Below are positions 10,446-19,275 of a stretch of 64,000 nt of DNA, in pieces. Both the position numbers and the translations under genes were made by a program. A model generated the notes under the pieces. That model searched no databases, was not told the origin of the DNA, and saw nothing but the letters and a program-made list of their open reading frames with translations. The first letter of the stretch is position 1; each line of letters begins with the position of its first letter. The stretch lies in the sequence record OR529409.1. One strand, given 5' to 3'.

Positions 10446-12347
10446 ATGACTACCCCAACTAACAACGATATACCGAGTAACTCGGTTCAAGATCGGTTAT
10501 TTAACGCCGAGAAGTTCGACGAATTTATGAACTCGGATAATACCAATTATCTTGACCGGAAAGGAAATAGCAGGTGGACTTTATCAGGGATACGTTCGGC
10601 AATACAGAATTGGATGACCGTTTTCTCTAGTTCTGACGGCGCCAGCGGGATAGGATTAAGTCAGTCAGGGAGCGTCCAGGATGGAATAAAGTATGTGACT
10701 CCTCAGATGTTTGGGGCGAAGGGAAACTTTAATTCCACGGACCTGACTGGTGATGATGATACCGCGGCATTTCAAGCGGCTATCGATAAAGCAATATCGC
10801 TAGGATACCAGCATGTTTATGTCCCAGCTGGGAATTATCTTATTACCGGTGAGCTTAACCTTTGCGGGACTGGCAAGAGTGGTTTTGCCGGTGTCAAACT
10901 GGTCGGTTATAATTGGGATAGGACGATTCTTTGGTTTATGGCCGCCTCGCAAACATCAATCTGCATCTCTATGAGGGGCGGATCGGGCGGAGCTACCGGT
11001 CGGTCAGTCTGTGATTTGCAAGTTAGGGCCCATCCGGCCACAGTGGGCCTTGGAATAGCTTTACAACTCAGAGGGGCGTGCTTTGCAGTAGTAAATGGGT
11101 TTATCGCGACTAACTGTTATACCGGTCTACACCTTTACAATGCTGGGTCAGCGGGAACCTTTACCGAATTTAACCGATTCACCAATTGTAGATTGAATGG
11201 AAACGTTAACAATATTTTCTTCGAGAGAGACGGGGGAGATAATTCATTCCACGGCAACAACTTTATTAATGTGCAAAATCAGGTTGGTAAAAACTGCATA
11301 GGGGTCAAAATACTCGGTACCTCTGGAGTTTGTTACTTATACAACCAATTTTGGCAAATGAACTTCTTTGGCCGAGGTGACGGGACAGCTACGGCTTTCG
11401 ATATTACCAACTGTAATACCGATTACGTTTCGGGGACACTCACGGCCGAACAAGTTTTAAACTTCAACATTAATGATGGTGGATCAACCAACTTTGAGTT
11501 CCACGGCCCTTTCTTCGGGACTCACAGCATCATTTTTAATGTCCCTACTGAAGACGATTCCAAGCTAGGTAGAGCGGTTTTCAGTAACCGTTGGAGTAAA
11601 TCCGGTACAATGTCTGATGCCTCTCTAACCGGATTAACGGTACGGCCCTATCAAAATGATTTTGCCGATAACTCTAATAACGGTACTTTCCCTGGTATCT
11701 TCAGAGTAAGCGGGACAAATAGGGATTCGTTAATTTTCGCGAACTATAACTACGGCGGTAACGATTTTGTTTTCGGCACTGTAGCTTATGGTAAATCGAT
11801 TCAGGATTTTGTATATAAATTCAAATTCTCGTGGGACGGAACCAGATACACGACGGTAGGGGGGTTCCTTGACGTTGTCACTAGCACAGGAACGGTCCGC
11901 TTTAGCGGGACCATTATCAGACCTGGTGCGGACAACATCTGTTCATTGGGGGATACTAGTTACCGATGGACTCAAGTCTGCTCTGTTAACTCTGCGTTAG
12001 TGACTTCCGACGCCCGTCGTAAAAGTTCCCCGAGACGGCAAACCAAAGAAGAGCTCGATTGTTTTCACGAAATAGCAAGACTACCCTTTGTCTGGACCTG
12101 GTTAAAGGAACTTGATCCTAAGGACGACGGGAAACTGCACTCCGGCCCTACCGTGCAATCAGTAATAGAAGTCATGTCTAAGTATCAATTAGACTGGAAG
12201 GAATATTCTTTTATTGATTATAATGAAGAGCAGGACATCTACTCTTTCCGCAAGGAAGAACTTTTACTTTGGGTAGTAGGGAGTGTCGCTCTTAAACAGG
12301 AAGAATTGGAAAACAGATTGGTTAAGCTAGAAGGACGCATTGACTAA
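10446..12347 (+). CDS. Tailspike/depolymerase with C-terminal intramolecular chaperone (peptidase S74-like)
   Basis: Shared anchor; FGAKG..DDTAAFQAAI motif; C-terminal TSDARRK..LHSGPTVQ..LE.RL..LE resembles the autocleaving chaperone domain. Confidence 0.9.
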   Translation: MTTPTNNDIPSNSVQDRLFNAEKFDEFMNSDNTNYLDRKGNSRWTLSGIRSAIQNWMTVFSSSDGASGIGLSQSGSVQDGIKYVTPQMFGAKGNFNSTDLTGDDDTAAFQAAIDKAISLGYQHVYVPAGNYLITGELNLCGTGKSGFAGVKLVGYNWDRTILWFMAASQTSICISMRGGSGGATGRSVCDLQVRAHPATVGLGIALQLRGACFAVVNGFIATNCYTGLHLYNAGSAGTFTEFNRFTNCRLNGNVNNIFFERDGGDNSFHGNNFINVQNQVGKNCIGVKILGTSGVCYLYNQFWQMNFFGRGDGTATAFDITNCNTDYVSGTLTAEQVLNFNINDGGSTNFEFHGPFFGTHSIIFNVPTEDDSKLGRAVFSNRWSKSGTMSDASLTGLTVRPYQNDFADNSNNGTFPGIFRVSGTNRDSLIFANYNYGGNDFVFGTVAYGKSIQDFVYKFKFSWDGTRYTTVGGFLDVVTSTGTVRFSGTIIRPGADNICSLGDTSYRWTQVCSVNSALVTSDARRKSSPRRQTKEELDCFHEIARLPFVWTWLKELDPKDDGKLHSGPTVQSVIEVMSKYQLDWKEYSFIDYNEEQDIYSFRKEELLLWVVGSVALKQEELENRLVKLEGRID

Positions 12348-12350
12348 AAC

Positions 12351-12387
12351 TTTTACTCTACCTCGGTTGGGCCGAGGTAGAGTAAAA
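12351..12387 (+). terminator. Terminator hairpin ending the tailspike operon
   Basis: ttttactctacctcgg-ttggg-ccgaggtagagtaaaa, 16-bp stem. Confidence 0.75.
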
Positions 12388-12606
12388 CTATGTTTATTAT
12401 TTAAATGTTTCCGCCCGATATTTTAACGACCATTCAGCCGAGGGTATAATTAAACGGGCGATCCACTATATTAGTGTCCCTAAGAATGAGTCTTAATTTA
12501 TCCGAGTTCTCTTCAATGATTATTTCTTTTCCTTCGCCGGTTTAGGGTTAAGCGAGTTAATGCTATGATCGGTAAGGAGTTAACCCACACACAGCAGGTA
12601 CATTGA

Positions 12607-13383
12607 ATGAATAATCGTAATGTTAAGCGTGCTAATCGAGTAGCGAAACGGGAAGCTAAAGCAGAAGCTCGTCGTAAAGGTAATGCTAATCTGAGCCTCG
12701 TTTCTAGTAGTGATATTCAAGCTGAAACTCAACCTCTTGCGAAAAGAGATACTACTCCGTTTAAACCTCGTAACGAAAACCAAACGTTATATTGGGACGC
12801 GTTAAACAACCGTAATCTCCTCGTCGCTACGGGGTCTGCTGGCTCGGGTAAGAGCTTTGCTGCCTCAGTCTACGCTTGCGATCAGCTCCTGGCTAAGGAA
12901 GTAGAGAAGATTATCGTTACCCGTCCGGTACTGCAATCTGACGAAGACCTGGGTTTCCTACCTGGCGATATTGCTGAGAAGTTCGCGCCTTATTTCAAAC
13001 CGATCCATGAAATCCTGCTGAAACGTTTAGGTGGCGGTTTCTTAGAATACTGTTTGAAACCTGGGGTGGAGAAAGTTGAGATAGCACCTTTCGCGTATAT
13101 GCGTGGTAATACGTTTTCTGATGCAGTTATCATTTTAGATGAAGCGCAAAACGTTACGGTTAACCAAATGAAGCTGTTCTTAACCCGTATCGGGGAGAAT
13201 GCTACGGTGGTGATCAACGGCGATCCTTTGCAATGCGATCTTCCTAAAGGGGTGAAATCCGGACTGGTAGATTTGTTAGAGCGTATTGAACGGACTCAAC
13301 TCGATGTACCTGTTATTCGCTTTACAGACGACGATTGCGTTAGGTCTGACGTTTGTAGAATGGCGTTAAAACTTTATAGTTAA
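12607..13383 (+). CDS. phoH: PhoH-family ATPase
   Basis: Walker A GSAGSGKS; TRP..LGFLPGDIAEKFAPY; AYMRGNTF; ILDEAQN; GDPLQCD. Confidence 0.95.
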   Translation: MNNRNVKRANRVAKREAKAEARRKGNANLSLVSSSDIQAETQPLAKRDTTPFKPRNENQTLYWDALNNRNLLVATGSAGSGKSFAASVYACDQLLAKEVEKIIVTRPVLQSDEDLGFLPGDIAEKFAPYFKPIHEILLKRLGGGFLEYCLKPGVEKVEIAPFAYMRGNTFSDAVIILDEAQNVTVNQMKLFLTRIGENATVVINGDPLQCDLPKGVKSGLVDLLERIERTQLDVPVIRFTDDDCVRSDVCRMALKLYS

Positions 13384-13387
13384 CTCA

Positions 13388-13906
13388 ATGAAAGTAGCTC
13401 AATTAGTTAATTCGCAATGGAAGAATGGTTACTTCTACACCAGATTGTCAGGTAAAGAGCTGGTTAAATCAAAATGGATCGATCAAGCCATAGAGCTTCT
13501 TGATCAATTGATGCTTAGTAATGATTACTTCACATCATTAACATCAAAGAAATATCCTCTCCTTTCTGAGTTACCTGATAAAGGAAAATGGGATATTTCT
13601 CATTTTGAAAATAAATCGGATGATACGTTTTTCTTGGTTTTGAAAGACGACAATTTAGTGGGAGTACTCGACAGTTATTCCTTCCCCGAGGGCGATAAGA
13701 GGATAGGTTATCTTTGTAACTTCATCGTCAGTTCAGATCATCGGGGGAAGGGAGTGGGGAGAACATTAATCGAATCAGCTATTTCATTTTACAAATCAAA
13801 TACTGTAACGATAATGTTGGATGTTTACTCACTTAATAAGTCGGCGATTAAATTGTACTCTAAGATCGGATTTACTTCTTTTAGCCAGACCATGATTCTC
13901 AAATAA
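13388..13906 (+). CDS. GNAT-family acetyltransferase
   Basis: Motif A VSSDHRGKGVGRTLI; motif B N.SAIKLYSKIGF. Confidence 0.9.
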   Translation: MKVAQLVNSQWKNGYFYTRLSGKELVKSKWIDQAIELLDQLMLSNDYFTSLTSKKYPLLSELPDKGKWDISHFENKSDDTFFLVLKDDNLVGVLDSYSFPEGDKRIGYLCNFIVSSDHRGKGVGRTLIESAISFYKSNTVTIMLDVYSLNKSAIKLYSKIGFTSFSQTMILK

Positions 13907-13908
13907 TC

Positions 13909-13945
13909 TTAATACTTCGTGCTCCATTGGAGCACGAAGTATTAA
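13909..13945. terminator. Near-perfect palindrome/hairpin, 17-bp arms
   Basis: ttaatacttcgtgctcc-att-ggagcacgaagtattaa. Confidence 0.7.
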
Positions 13946-13989
13946 TTAACAATAGGGTTATTTTTATGTGTCTTTAATGAGGGGTTATC

Positions 13990-14457
13990 ATGACAATTAT
14001 GTACGACAATTACTACGGAAAAGAAATACTTGAATTGGGTTTAGAGGGCGAAATTATCACAATGTTAAATTTGGCGATGACCGACATCAATCACTTCGCT
14101 AAGAAAAGTATCGCTAAAGATATCAACCCCTATCCGTTCAATCTGGAAGATTTTAAGCACAACCGTTTAAACGAACACTACTTCCTTGTTTTTGATGGGA
14201 AGAAAATAGTGTCGATTCTATCCGTCGTTTACGCCTTAGAACATCATCTCAAAATAGCGAAAATCTTTAACGTTTATACGTTACCTGAGTATCGCCATAA
14301 AGGGCTTGCTAAACGCAACCTAATCGCTGCTATCGTATCGGCAAGATCGAATGGATACATCGTACAGTTAAACGTTTACAGGTCTAATAAAGCCGCTCAG
14401 AAGCTTTACAAGAGTCTTAAATTTAAACCCGTCGAATACACTATGCAGCTAGGTTAA
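13990..14457 (+). CDS. GNAT-family acetyltransferase (paralogue of the upstream gene)
   Basis: VYTLPEYRHKGLAK; N.AAQKLYKSLKF. Confidence 0.88.
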   Translation: MTIMYDNYYGKEILELGLEGEIITMLNLAMTDINHFAKKSIAKDINPYPFNLEDFKHNRLNEHYFLVFDGKKIVSILSVVYALEHHLKIAKIFNVYTLPEYRHKGLAKRNLIAAIVSARSNGYIVQLNVYRSNKAAQKLYKSLKFKPVEYTMQLG

Positions 14458-14556
14458 TTTTAACGACCGTAATGTTTTATTGGTAATAAACGAGAATACG
14501 TTGTTTTAAACACCGGTTTGAAATAACACGTTCTCATTTTAAACTGTAAAATAAAG

Positions 14557-15345
14557 GTGAATAGAATGAAAGTAACTAAAGAAGAGTTAATTGAAAAATT
14601 TAACAAAATAACAGAGAAGTGGGAAATCGACTTTACTGACGGCAAAGATTTGTTAACCTTGGCGTTCAACGACTTCAAAATGGCTGTACCGGATTTTGAA
14701 AATGCCGTTAGTTGGTTGGAACATATAACGTTTACCGGACATAACAAAATTTTGATTACGTCAAAGACCTCACTCAGTGGGGAGATTAGATTAATTGACG
14801 TTCTGTCAAACAACACAATGCTTTCCGTTTTAGATTCAAAACTTGAGCGCACTTTAATTGAGGAAGGCGGACCTTGCGAAATAAAAGGTTCCAGACTTGA
14901 TCAAGTGACTGTCAGATCTGGTCCGAATGTAATAAACAACAGTGTGCTTCATGGATGCTTTTTACAAAAATCAAAAATCATTCGTGCGTCTATAGGTTCG
15001 GTTGGTGCCGATCATAAATTGCATGTATGTGATTCAGAAATCTTTAATGCCGTTCTCTCCGTTAATTCAGCTATGATATCAAACCGTAAAATATCTTCGG
15101 TGGCGATAACTGTACCCCATGGCGACTTTGATGGGCGGTATTTCTCTATCGATAATAATGGCGCTGCGCTAGTTGGTTACTGTAACGCCCAAGAGAAAAT
15201 TGTAGTCATTGAAAACAAACGTTATAATTTGGGTTCGTGGGAAGAGCAATTTGTCACTAAAGAGAATAACTTCATCATTAAAATGATGAATCAAAAGAAA
15301 TTAGAAATAATGAATATGTTCTTCGATAGTCTGGCGTTTAAATAG
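14557..15345 (+). CDS. Hypothetical protein with short beta-repeat central region
   Basis: 262-aa ORF, aaggtg RBS. Confidence 0.7.
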   Translation: MNRMKVTKEELIEKFNKITEKWEIDFTDGKDLLTLAFNDFKMAVPDFENAVSWLEHITFTGHNKILITSKTSLSGEIRLIDVLSNNTMLSVLDSKLERTLIEEGGPCEIKGSRLDQVTVRSGPNVINNSVLHGCFLQKSKIIRASIGSVGADHKLHVCDSEIFNAVLSVNSAMISNRKISSVAITVPHGDFDGRYFSIDNNGAALVGYCNAQEKIVVIENKRYNLGSWEEQFVTKENNFIIKMMNQKKLEIMNMFFDSLAFK

Positions 15346-15350
15346 GAATA

Positions 15351-15386
15351 TATCGTTGCCCTAGTCCTAGGACTAGGGCAACGATA
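15351..15386. terminator. Perfect 36-bp palindrome between convergent genes (bidirectional terminator-like)
   Basis: tatcgttgccctagtcctaggactagggcaacgata equals its own reverse complement. Confidence 0.75.
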
Positions 15387-15595
15387 GTCACCAAATACCC
15401 ATCGTGTGGTTGTCGAGATCACCCCCATCGCCGATCATCAAGATGTCATTAGATGAACCGCTCACCTAAATGATAACCTCATTAAGGCTATATTAATCGG
15501 CTCTGAATCCTTCCTTATGTGTATCCGTATCTGGGGCCGATTAATTCATCTAATTTTTCACTATCGAATTCCTCTGTCGGTATTTGTTACCTCCA

Positions 15596-17623
15596 TTAAT
15601 ACGCTCCCTTGCCGATCATCTGTATTCTTATCGTTAGGTTAACCGGTGTGGTAAGAGTAAAACTAAGAACACCGGCGTCCGATACTGTTAATGACTGAGG
15701 AGGGACCCAGCCGGAAGAGGGTCCGACTTTAAGCGGGTCAGCTATTTTCGTCCCATTGGAGTTATTTCCATTCCTACCCCAGCACGCCACCCAATTCTGA
15801 GTATAGTCGACACCGCTGCCTTTCATTGTGATAACAATATCGAAAGTAGAATCGTAGCTCAACGGGGATAATACCTGAGTAATCGTTTGAGCAGAAGCAG
15901 AAGCGTTAACGCTAAGAGAGTACATCAACCCCATCTTACCGCGATGTAATCCGTTTTTAGTAATACTTAGTTGGTTCCCGTCGGAATTGGTAGGGGAAAA
16001 GTGATCGAACACCATAGCGGACATAGTGCTATAAATCCCCCCCAAGGAAAGCATGTAATGCAGCCTAGCTTCTTCCAGTTTACCTTGATAAGCTGAACTA
16101 AAAATACCAAATCCGTTCAACTTGTTGTTTCCACCCGAATAAGATATTGTGCCAATCGACTCTATATTGGAACCGGAAATACCGATCATTGTTCTTGCCG
16201 GGGTAACGTTGGAAGGTACTTTAATTCTATCAACGGATAAAGTGGGTAGGGCGTTGTCACTTATAGAAGTTGATGTTAGTTTCTTGGGTGTCATGTAGTC
16301 GTTCCCGATTACAAAGACTTCCGTAGAGGAATCTTTTAAAACACCCGACTGGGATTGTAAAGTCCAGCCACCAGTGACGTTATACCAACCAGAAGTGAAT
16401 ACTCCCGCCTCACCTTCCATTTGGATGAAATCGGTGGACCTATTTCTGGAGCCTTCGTTATAAATGAAGTAAGAACCAGAAGCGGCGTTTATAATCGCTC
16501 TCCAGAAACTATTATAAAGATGCACCCCTATACCTATCTTAATTCCAGCTCCGTTGGTTGAATTAATTTCAATATTAACATTGTCTAGTGTATCCCCAGA
16601 GAAAGAACTATCCGACGTGCTAGCAGTATCCTTTTCTCCGTTAGGTCCAACAGTGAGAAGGCGATAATAGAGACCAGCCGTTTTAGGATATCTAATCCAA
16701 ATATCTGTAAAATGGGATAATTCAGTCCAAGTGTTATGTACGCCATTTACCTGATCGATGCCGATGTCAAGACCGAGGCCCATGAAAATATCGAATATTC
16801 TCGCCTGATTGGTCCCGGATAGCCTTATCGCAGTCCCCACCCCAGTTTGATCTATCGGCAATAAACTAAATCCAGATATCTCTAAAGCAGTCGGGTAACC
16901 AGACGTAGTATAACATGAGAATAATACTTTGTCGGCTTTGTTATTCCAAAACAGTAAGGTTTTATTCTTGCCATCGCCCCTTAAAGACGCAACCAGACCG
17001 GGATTTCCAGGCGAGGCATAGGAGCTAGGTAGGGAGTTTAGACCGATCTCGTCATCTACGTAATAACCCTGTCCTGCTTTTTCTGAAGCAGGTATGTGGA
17101 CGCTAACACGATTGGTAGCGCTATATTTGGCGGCGGCTTTAAAACTAGCGGTTGAATTGTAGTATGACACAACCCCGTTATAATAATTGGGAATGGCACC
17201 GAAATCTAAAACAGTCAGAACTGATTTCCTGATACGCTCCCAATAAAAACCGTCGCCGGCGGCAATGACCCCGCCGTCATCTGTAGCCGAACCTAACCGC
17301 CCCACGAACTCTCCCCCTCCAAGGGAACTGTCTGAGTTCCACCCGTCGAGCAGAATTCTCTGTCCGTCGGTAGTCACCGGGGTCGATCTTAATGTAGCAA
17401 AACTATCCGCCGAGCCAATTAATTTGTATCCGTCGGTCTTTGAAAGACTGTCAAAGAAAGCCTGAGTTATGACAGCCAATCCTTTTGCTGTGAAGCGTTC
17501 ATTACCAAATCGATCGACGTAGGTACTTTCATCTGAGTTAATAATTTCATCAAATTTTTCTGCATTAAACCTTACGTCAGTCGCTGTAGAACTCGGTATA
17601 TCGTTTTGTGTTGGAGTCGTCAT
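15596..17623 (-). CDS. Tailspike / putative capsule depolymerase (inverted copy)
   Basis: Anchor MTTPTQNDIPSSTATDVRFNAEKFDEIINSDESTYVDRFG; residues to ~130 closely resemble those of 8019..10403. Confidence 0.9.
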   Translation of the reverse strand: MTTPTQNDIPSSTATDVRFNAEKFDEIINSDESTYVDRFGNERFTAKGLAVITQAFFDSLSKTDGYKLIGSADSFATLRSTPVTTDGQRILLDGWNSDSSLGGGEFVGRLGSATDDGGVIAAGDGFYWERIRKSVLTVLDFGAIPNYYNGVVSYYNSTASFKAAAKYSATNRVSVHIPASEKAGQGYYVDDEIGLNSLPSSYASPGNPGLVASLRGDGKNKTLLFWNNKADKVLFSCYTTSGYPTALEISGFSLLPIDQTGVGTAIRLSGTNQARIFDIFMGLGLDIGIDQVNGVHNTWTELSHFTDIWIRYPKTAGLYYRLLTVGPNGEKDTASTSDSSFSGDTLDNVNIEINSTNGAGIKIGIGVHLYNSFWRAIINAASGSYFIYNEGSRNRSTDFIQMEGEAGVFTSGWYNVTGGWTLQSQSGVLKDSSTEVFVIGNDYMTPKKLTSTSISDNALPTLSVDRIKVPSNVTPARTMIGISGSNIESIGTISYSGGNNKLNGFGIFSSAYQGKLEEARLHYMLSLGGIYSTMSAMVFDHFSPTNSDGNQLSITKNGLHRGKMGLMYSLSVNASASAQTITQVLSPLSYDSTFDIVITMKGSGVDYTQNWVACWGRNGNNSNGTKIADPLKVGPSSGWVPPQSLTVSDAGVLSFTLTTPVNLTIRIQMIGKGAY

Positions 17624-17658
17624 CTCTCCCTCCGACTATAAAAATTAACGGTCACGCA

Positions 17659-17664
17659 TATTAC
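17659..17664 (+). promoter_or_regulatory. Putative early promoter core TATTAC (phiKZ-like); also at 18600, 35284, 38113, 45549, 57587, 62379, 63896
   Basis: Hexamer recurs in AT-rich intergenic gaps upstream of + strand genes; TATTAC is the reported phiKZ early promoter motif. Confidence 0.55.
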
Positions 17665-17736
17665 TATGTATGACGCCTAAAGAACCTGGGTCATAAAATT
17701 CAACATGATATTAATCCACACTATTGAGGTTTTATT

Positions 17737-18024
17737 ATGAAATTCACTTCTGCTGTTGCAAAACTCAAACCCGGTTACGCGATTCAGTGTACCGATTGGA
17801 ATGGGGGTAATCAGTTTGTTTTTGATGCCTCCTTGACCATGTCTCTCGTTGAAGCTCGCAAGCAGGGATTCCCGGGCCCGGTTAAACTGAAACCGGTTTA
17901 CGTGTTGCATAACGCCAAGGGTGAGCTGCAACCTGGTTGGGTGCCGTCTCAGGGTGATCTGCGCAACGAGAACTGGATCGTTGTCAAAATCAAAGACGTG
18001 TTAGCGAAGTCCGCGGTCATTTAA
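17737..18024 (+). CDS. DUF2829-family protein (Tad2/AcrIIA7-like nucleotide-signal sponge candidate)
   Basis: MKF.SAV..LK.G..I...DWNG.NQFV and C-terminal GWVPSQGDLRNENW match the DUF2829 pattern (W.PSQ.D..A.DW). Confidence 0.8.
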   Translation: MKFTSAVAKLKPGYAIQCTDWNGGNQFVFDASLTMSLVEARKQGFPGPVKLKPVYVLHNAKGELQPGWVPSQGDLRNENWIVVKIKDVLAKSAVI

Positions 18025-18120
18025 TCCGTTCTTAAATCAACTTGGAGTTTTTTATAAACCTATATGGTCTAGGTATACAGACAGTATAAATTTTTTAATT
18101 AACTCTTTGAGGGCGGAATT

Positions 18121-18537
18121 ATGTTTAACTTAGAATCCAATACTAACCTGCGTGTCGCTGCTCGTCGTTTAAATGTTGCTGAAATGAACGAAGAAGTTGT
18201 CAAGCATTTTAAAGCTCACAATTCAGATCCCAGTTTCTGGGTTGGACGCAGCACTTCTTTAGGGATAGTAGCGGCGCACATTTTCTTTAACAAGGGCGCG
18301 TCAGCTAAAGTAGCTTTTAAAGCAGGTATGGTTGTAGCGAGTTCTTACTACGCCATATTGCATAGTGACAAAGCCGAAAACGTGTTAGCATTGGTTGCTA
18401 AGAACACTCCGGTTGATTTTCCAGCACACTGCATCGCTGATATGGCAGACCTGATTACTAAGTATATCGACGTGAGAACAACTGAGCATACTCAGCCAAA
18501 CATCACCAACTTTATCCTTAAAAAAGTCAGGGTGTGA
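18121..18537 (+). CDS. Hypothetical protein
   Basis: 138-aa ORF, gaggg RBS, followed by hairpin 18540..18567. Confidence 0.75.
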   Translation: MFNLESNTNLRVAARRLNVAEMNEEVVKHFKAHNSDPSFWVGRSTSLGIVAAHIFFNKGASAKVAFKAGMVVASSYYAILHSDKAENVLALVAKNTPVDFPAHCIADMADLITKYIDVRTTEHTQPNITNFILKKVRV

Positions 18538-18744
18538 CCGAGTCGGCTATTGACCAATAGCCGACTCTAATAATAAAAGTGGGGTGGTTTCTCACCCTTT
18601 ATTACACATTTAGTGAGCAGGTGATAAGGATTTATGACGGGAGAATTTCAAAGATATTCTCTTTAATCGTTACTCCGCAAAATGCGCCTATTAGAACTTA
18701 TGTAGGGGTGGGCTTCCACCCCTACATAATAAAGGATCCTAATC

Positions 18745-18822
18745 ATGCATCATGTTTATCACTGGGCGACATTCATACCACTCTACAGTATTTTCTTCTG
18801 GAATATGGGAGGAGAATACTGA
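18745..18822 (+). CDS. Possible 25-aa aromatic/hydrophobic peptide (not in ORF track)
   Basis: MHHVYHWATFIPLYSIFFWNMGGEY; preceded by hairpin 18698..18729, aagga and the recurrent ATC-ATG leader. Confidence 0.35.
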   Translation: MHHVYHWATFIPLYSIFFWNMGGEY

Positions 18823-18825
18823 GAG

Positions 18826-19023
18826 ATGGTAAAGGATGGTTTATTTTTTCGCTATTTTTTATTTTTTCGCTCCGATAATGGGGGTATCACCATAGAAGAT
18901 CTTAAAAACCAAATAAGTTACGCCGACTCCCATAATTGCGAGTATGCAAATCAGACTGACACATCGGCCATTTATACGACCGTGATTGTTAACAATGTTC
19001 CCGTTATCACACCAATCGATTAG
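18826..19023 (+). CDS. Hypothetical protein
   Basis: 65-aa ORF, ggagg upstream. Confidence 0.5.
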   Translation: MVKDGLFFRYFLFFRSDNGGITIEDLKNQISYADSHNCEYANQTDTSAIYTTVIVNNVPVITPID

Positions 19024-19074
19024 TTGGATGACTTCATCTATTTTCAGTTCTACATTATCTTTTCGGAGTAATCA

Positions 19075-19263
19075 ATGAAATGCAATCACGATTTTGAAAA
19101 ACCCACCTATGAATTCTTAAAGAAGGAGCTGGGGTTCTTTCATTGCTTTAAACGAACGTGTAAACAATGTGGTCACGTTCACCAACAAGAAGTGAAACGT
19201 AAATCAGATGCTCCCCTCTGGGCTAAAGAAGCAGAAGAGGTATTTCACTATCATAAATTTTAG
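19075..19263 (+). CDS. Small Cys/His-rich putative Zn-binding protein
   Basis: CNH..HC..TCKQCGH; ggag RBS. Confidence 0.65.
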   Translation: MKCNHDFEKPTYEFLKKELGFFHCFKRTCKQCGHVHQQEVKRKSDAPLWAKEAEEVFHYHKF

Positions 19264-19275
19264 GAGTTAACGCCC

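Noticed and set aside
1-17623. Diversity-generating retroelement acting on tailspikes
   Set aside because: No reverse transcriptase and no TR/VR pair differing at adenines; shared sequence is at 5' ends, not variable C-termini.
10446-17623. Dedicated invertase or shufflon recombinase
   Set aside because: No serine or tyrosine recombinase ORF in the window, so the inversion idea is kept only as a hypothesis.
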